Origin: a candidate division FCPU426 bacterium
Lineage (GTDB): Bacteria; Oederibacteriota; JAAXVQ01; JAUVAV01
Length of the DNA stretch: 19,697 nucleotides
Direction: 5' to 3'
NCBI GenBank assembly: GCA_030637655.1
Contig: DAOWGI010000030.1
Location: 1-19,697, forward strand
Below, piece after piece: positions 16,144 to 19,697 of the stretch. The translations under genes and the position numbers were made by a program. Positions within the stretch are counted from its first letter, which is position 1. Each line of letters opens with the position of its first letter. The notes beneath the pieces were generated by a model. That model was not told the DNA's origin, searched no databases, and saw only the letters and a list, made by a program, of their open reading frames with translations.

Positions 16144-17237
16144 ACCAGACGATTAGAGGGTTCATAAAAAAAGAGTTTATCCAGGTATTTCGTGATAAAC
16201 GTATGCTGGTGTTACTGTTTATAGCGCCTATTATCCAATTAACACTTTTTGGCTATGCTATTTCCAATGAGGTGCGTAATATTCGTTTGGCTGTTCAGTT
16301 TCAGCCGGGGGATAGTATGGCCCGACACATTGAAGAGCGTGCGCTGGCATCCGGTTGGTTTGTGCCGGCCACAGGCGAAGGCGATCCCTTTGTGCTGGTT
16401 CAATCCGGCCGGGCGGAAGTGGTTTTGGTCGCGCCGCCAAAAGGATTGACCACAGCCCTGCGGTCCGGAGGCGGGGAGATTCAAGTCTTGCTGGACGCGA
16501 CCAATATGATTCGGGCGCGCGGCATTGAGCAATATTTACAGGCGATTATATGGGAGGTGCTGGCCGGGGAATTTCCTCAGCAGGATTTAAAACCGGTCTT
16601 AAACATCAACACGCGGGTACTGTACAATCCGGCTATGAAAACCTCATATTTTCTGGTGCCCGGCGTCATGGTTGTGTTGATGTGTTTGCTTACGGTGATC
16701 ATGACCAGTATGTCCATTGTCCGGGAGCGGGAAATAGGGACGTTTGAGACCCTGGTGACAGCGCCGGTGCGCAATTGGGAAATATTACTAGGCAAGACCT
16801 TGCCCTTTGTGATCCTGGCATTGGTCCAAGTGACTCTGATTTTAATAGCAGCCGTACTCATCTTTGGTTTACCGATGCAGAGTCCGCTCTGGAAGTTTTA
16901 CTTGGCGGCGTTTATGTTTATCTGCACGACCGTGGCCATAGGTACCATGATTTCCACCATGTCCCGAACGCAACAGCAAGCCATGATGGGGAGTTTTCTA
17001 TTTATGTTTCCCGGTATTCTGCTTTCCGGCATGATGTTTCCCTTGGAGAATATGCCCAAAGCCATTATGGGTATTGCCTATTTAAATCCGCTCAAATATT
17101 TTCTCACCTTGTTGCGCAACATACTCCTCAAAGGCGGGGATGACTGGGTCTTCTGGTCCAACCTGGGGGCCTTGGCCCTGCTGGCTGTTGTTGCCATGGC
17201 GTTCTCGTTTAACCGTTTTAAGCAAACTTTGAATTAA
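16140..17237 (+). CDS. ABC-2 type permease (YbhR-like)
   Basis: KEFIQVFRD, LFGYAI, YNP, VPG, REREIGTFETL..P, LLSGMMFPLENMP. Confidence 0.92.
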   Translation: MNQTIRGFIKKEFIQVFRDKRMLVLLFIAPIIQLTLFGYAISNEVRNIRLAVQFQPGDSMARHIEERALASGWFVPATGEGDPFVLVQSGRAEVVLVAPPKGLTTALRSGGGEIQVLLDATNMIRARGIEQYLQAIIWEVLAGEFPQQDLKPVLNINTRVLYNPAMKTSYFLVPGVMVVLMCLLTVIMTSMSIVREREIGTFETLVTAPVRNWEILLGKTLPFVILALVQVTLILIAAVLIFGLPMQSPLWKFYLAAFMFICTTVAIGTMISTMSRTQQQAMMGSFLFMFPGILLSGMMFPLENMPKAIMGIAYLNPLKYFLTLLRNILLKGGDDWVFWSNLGALALLAVVAMAFSFNRFKQTLN

Positions 17238-17461
17238 AACACCAAAGCATTCTTGTCCGATGAAGTCAAAAAAAAGACGGTCTTTACACTGAGACGCAGA
17301 GCCCACAGAAGAAGAAAAGAAAAAAGCAATAAAGCCAGGACGCAGTACGGCATAGCACTTCGTGGCAACCGGGTGTAAATATTACTTAAATTATCTGGAC
17401 CGTAGTTTTGAATACCCGTACAATCCAAAGGATACAGGAATATTACCCACAGCGAGGCAGC

Positions 17462-17803
17462 ATGAATACTTCAGCCCAGGATTGGTCGGATAGGAAAAGC
17501 AAATTACTCGCCAGGCGAGAGGAATTAATAAAACTCGCGCAGATCGGGAATGAGGCAGCCCGGCCGGTGGAACTGGATCAATCCGGCATGGGACGAATAT
17601 CCAGAATGGATGCCATGCAAGTGCAGGCCATGGCCCAGGACGCCAAAGCGCGCCGCGAACTCAATGTACAGCGAATCGATAATGCGCTTTTGCGGATTGA
17701 GAAAGGAACATATGGACTCTGTGTGCGCTGCAAAAAGGAGATCAGTTTCCAGCGTCTGGACTTTGATCCGGCGATTCTAACGTGTATTGAGTGTGCCAAG
17801 TAG
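17462..17803 (+). CDS. TraR/DksA C4-type zinc-finger protein
   Basis: GRISRMDAMQ, ALLRIEKGTYGLCVRC..I...RL..P....CIEC. ATG 17462 after GAGG is preferred over TTG 17408. Confidence 0.88.
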   Translation: MNTSAQDWSDRKSKLLARREELIKLAQIGNEAARPVELDQSGMGRISRMDAMQVQAMAQDAKARRELNVQRIDNALLRIEKGTYGLCVRCKKEISFQRLDFDPAILTCIECAK

Positions 17804-17922
17804 CGTGAGGAGGAGGATGGTTAAATTTAAATAATCCCCTCCCAAAATGGGATGAGACTACTTAAAATATGGCTGTTCATTAAGACATTATCACTTTGCT
17901 GCGACACCCCTAATAATGAGGA

Positions 17923-17951
17923 TTGACCAAGTTTGAAAAGTTGGCTAAAAT
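17923..17951 (+). promoter_or_regulatory. Sigma70-type promoter for the MNT-HEPN pair
   Basis: TTGACC-17 bp-TAAAAT, ending 33 bp before ATG 17985. Confidence 0.55.
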
Positions 17952-17984
17952 ATACCAGGTAATAATTTCTTGCCTGGAGATAAC

Positions 17985-18314
17985 ATGTATAAAAAATCGG
18001 CCAAGAACAAATCACTAATGGAAATTGTAAATATTCTGGTTAAAGCCTATAATCCTGAACGAATATATTTATTTGGATCTCATGCCAGAGGCGATGCGAA
18101 TATAGATAGTGATTATGATCTTATGCTTATAGTTTCTGACAATGCTCCCGCCGAATTGGCCGACAGCAATTTGGCCTACCAGGTTTTATGGGGACAGGAA
18201 GTATCAGGGGATATATTAGTATGGAAAAAAAGCGATTTTGAGAAACGACTGCACCTAAAAGCCTCATTTCCATCAACCATAATGCGGGAAGGACATTTAT
18301 TACATGCCGCCTGA
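17985..18314 (+). CDS. Minimal nucleotidyltransferase (MNT/MntA-like antitoxin)
   Basis: IYLFGSHARGDANIDSDYDL fits GS-X10-DXD; GGAGA upstream of ATG 17985. Confidence 0.88.
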   Translation: MYKKSAKNKSLMEIVNILVKAYNPERIYLFGSHARGDANIDSDYDLMLIVSDNAPAELADSNLAYQVLWGQEVSGDILVWKKSDFEKRLHLKASFPSTIMREGHLLHAA

Positions 18315-18732
18315 TCCGGTGCGTATCGAAGATACGCAAGCCTGGCTTATAAGAGCGCATAAAGATATAAGGGCCGCGTCTATCGATTGTAAAGACTCTC
18401 CTCCCTTGCTTGAAGATGCCCTGTTTCACTGTCAGCAGGCTGTTGAAAAATGCTTGAAAGCTTTTTTAGTATGGCATGATCTTTCATTTCGCAAAACTCA
18501 TGACTTAGTAGAAATTGGCAAAAAATGCGTTTCCCTGGATACATCTTTGGAATCGCTGCTCAGCCGGGCTGCCTCATTAACCCAATACGCATGGAAATAT
18601 CGTTATCCCGGCAATTTCCAAGAACCGGGGCTTACGGAAACTGAAAATGCGATGGATTTATGTAAAGAGATATATAAGGCTATTATTAAGAGGATACCTG
18701 AAGAAGCTCAGCCGCCGAAACTATTATTCTAA
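18304..18732 (+). CDS. HEPN domain protein, partner of the MNT
   Basis: ALFHCQQAVEKCLKAFL, KTHDL, RYP; overlaps the MNT gene by 11 bp. Confidence 0.88.
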   Translation: MPPDPVRIEDTQAWLIRAHKDIRAASIDCKDSPPLLEDALFHCQQAVEKCLKAFLVWHDLSFRKTHDLVEIGKKCVSLDTSLESLLSRAASLTQYAWKYRYPGNFQEPGLTETENAMDLCKEIYKAIIKRIPEEAQPPKLLF

Positions 18733-18828
18733 AGTAAAAAAGGCCTTTAGAGCTGCAATCAAAAACACGGCTGATGAAAGTGATGGATTAACAACTTGTG
18801 CGGTTATATTAAATTATTAAATTTGCTC

Positions 18829-18858
18829 ATTCCCTGTAGCTTGCCCCAGGGTAATTCA
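18829..18858 (-). repeat. IS200/IS605-end-like hairpin (solo end)
   Basis: The - strand reads TGAATTA-CCCTGGGGC-AA-GCTACAGGG-AAT, like TGAATTACCCC..GCAAGC..GGGG ends. Confidence 0.4.
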
Positions 18859-18951
18859 TTATAAACAAAGCGCTCAAGGGCTATATGATTCCCGACAAAC
18901 CCAAGAACCGATGACAAAGGCAGTATATAAATGATGTAATATTAGCAGCCT

Positions 18952-19302
18952 TTGATATTGGTTTTTCTGGAGATTGATTATGAGGATATGATATTTACTG
19001 ACAAGGACTTTGGGCGAGCATATATTACCGAGGCCTGGGCTGCCGGATTTTTACTGGGCTTATTCAACTTAGAAGACCTGGACAGGAAAGTAAATTTGAT
19101 TTATAAAAACCTGGGCAGTCCGTATAAAGCATTCATACGTGATATTAATCACTTGATAGGTTTGGGAGCAGTTGGTTTCACTAAAGCTGGGGAAGTATAT
19201 AATATTTTTGTAAGGCTGGAATGGGCCACGGAAATTACCGAGTCAGAATTTTTCGAGAAAACCAAAGAACTGCCAAAGGCTAAAACGTATCGCTTCCTTT
19301 AG
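18952..19302 (+). pseudogene. Probable 3' remnant of a larger gene (winged-helix-like, possibly a Fic-family C-terminus), or a short hypothetical protein
   Basis: Protein-like frame with KAFIRDINHLIGLGAV (wHTH recognition-helix-like). TTG start without SD and in-frame stops at 18937 and 18943. An internal ATG at 18988 directly after GAGG is possible. Confidence 0.4.
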
Positions 19303-19635
19303 TGTGCCGGCAGCAGGGGTGGAGGTGTGTATGGAAAAGCGGTTTGATATTTATGTGTTGAGTGAAAGAATTTAATTCTTCAAGCAGGCTGAGCTTTGCT
19401 GCTATGCCGGGGTATCTTCCAGATGATGGAGCACAACACAAGACCGTTGTTGATGTAACAACGGCTTTTTTAGGTGAAAAATACCAGCCTTGGCCTTGAC
19501 TGCCAATTCTCATTTTAGGGGAAAACAAAATATAGATATTGGCTTTGATGATTTTAGGTGAATTGTAACCACAAGTGCAACATGTTGACGAAAAGATAAT
19601 AGATATCTTGTTATTAAAAGGATGCTCCACGCGTT

Positions 19636-19667
19636 GTCATCCCGGCAATCATTAAGCCGGGATCCAG
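19636..19667. repeat. GTCATCCCGG..CCGGGATCCAG palindromic repeat, same broad family as 6089-6204
   Basis: GTC-ATCCCGGC-AATCATTAA-GCCGGGAT-CCAG. A partner hairpin may lie beyond the window end. Confidence 0.6.
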
Positions 19668-19697
19668 TGACTTTAAAGCATTTAAAGATCAAAGCCA

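Noticed and set aside
14378-17799. Many overlapping short ORFs in the ABC operon and the dksA-like gene
   Set aside because: Shadow frames of confidently assigned genes.
19280-19692. - strand ORFs of 116 and 60 aa, and an HNH-like INNGLVLC string in another frame
   Set aside because: No SD or family motif. The HNH-like string has a stop five codons upstream and no properly spaced His.
1-19697. CRISPR array, tRNA, rRNA, integron attC array or intact transposase
   Set aside because: No regularly spaced direct repeats, cloverleaf, rRNA-like sequence or transposase ORF was seen. The palindromes are heterogeneous.

Overview
Bacterial chromosomal window, probably from a diderm (TolC present) anaerobe (flavoredoxin, DUF2148); the taxon cannot be determined. 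Gene order: a small orphan gene (- strand); an apparent operon of a BatD-BatE fusion, a DUF2148 ferredoxin-domain protein and a PDZ-less site-2 protease; two tandem STAS-like (Slr1659/SiaC-like) paralogs; a DUF3592-like membrane protein (- strand); flavoredoxin; an atypical HATPase_c-like kinase (Slr1658/SiaB-like) coupled to a third STAS-like paralog; a TetR-led efflux operon (TolC, YbhG-like adaptor, two ABC ATPases equivalent to a split YbhF, YbhS/YbhR-like permeases); a TraR/DksA C4 zinc finger; an MNT-HEPN pair; and a probable gene remnant. The intergenic DNA carries many different small palindromic elements, including a three-level nested element and a ~40-47 bp mini-element found twice inside other palindromes. 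The best candidate for an undescribed system is the one-kinase/three-STAS-like partner-switching module in a redox/aerotolerance gene neighbourhood. No rRNA, tRNA, CRISPR array or transposase was seen. All family calls come from recognising motifs by eye; no database search was run.
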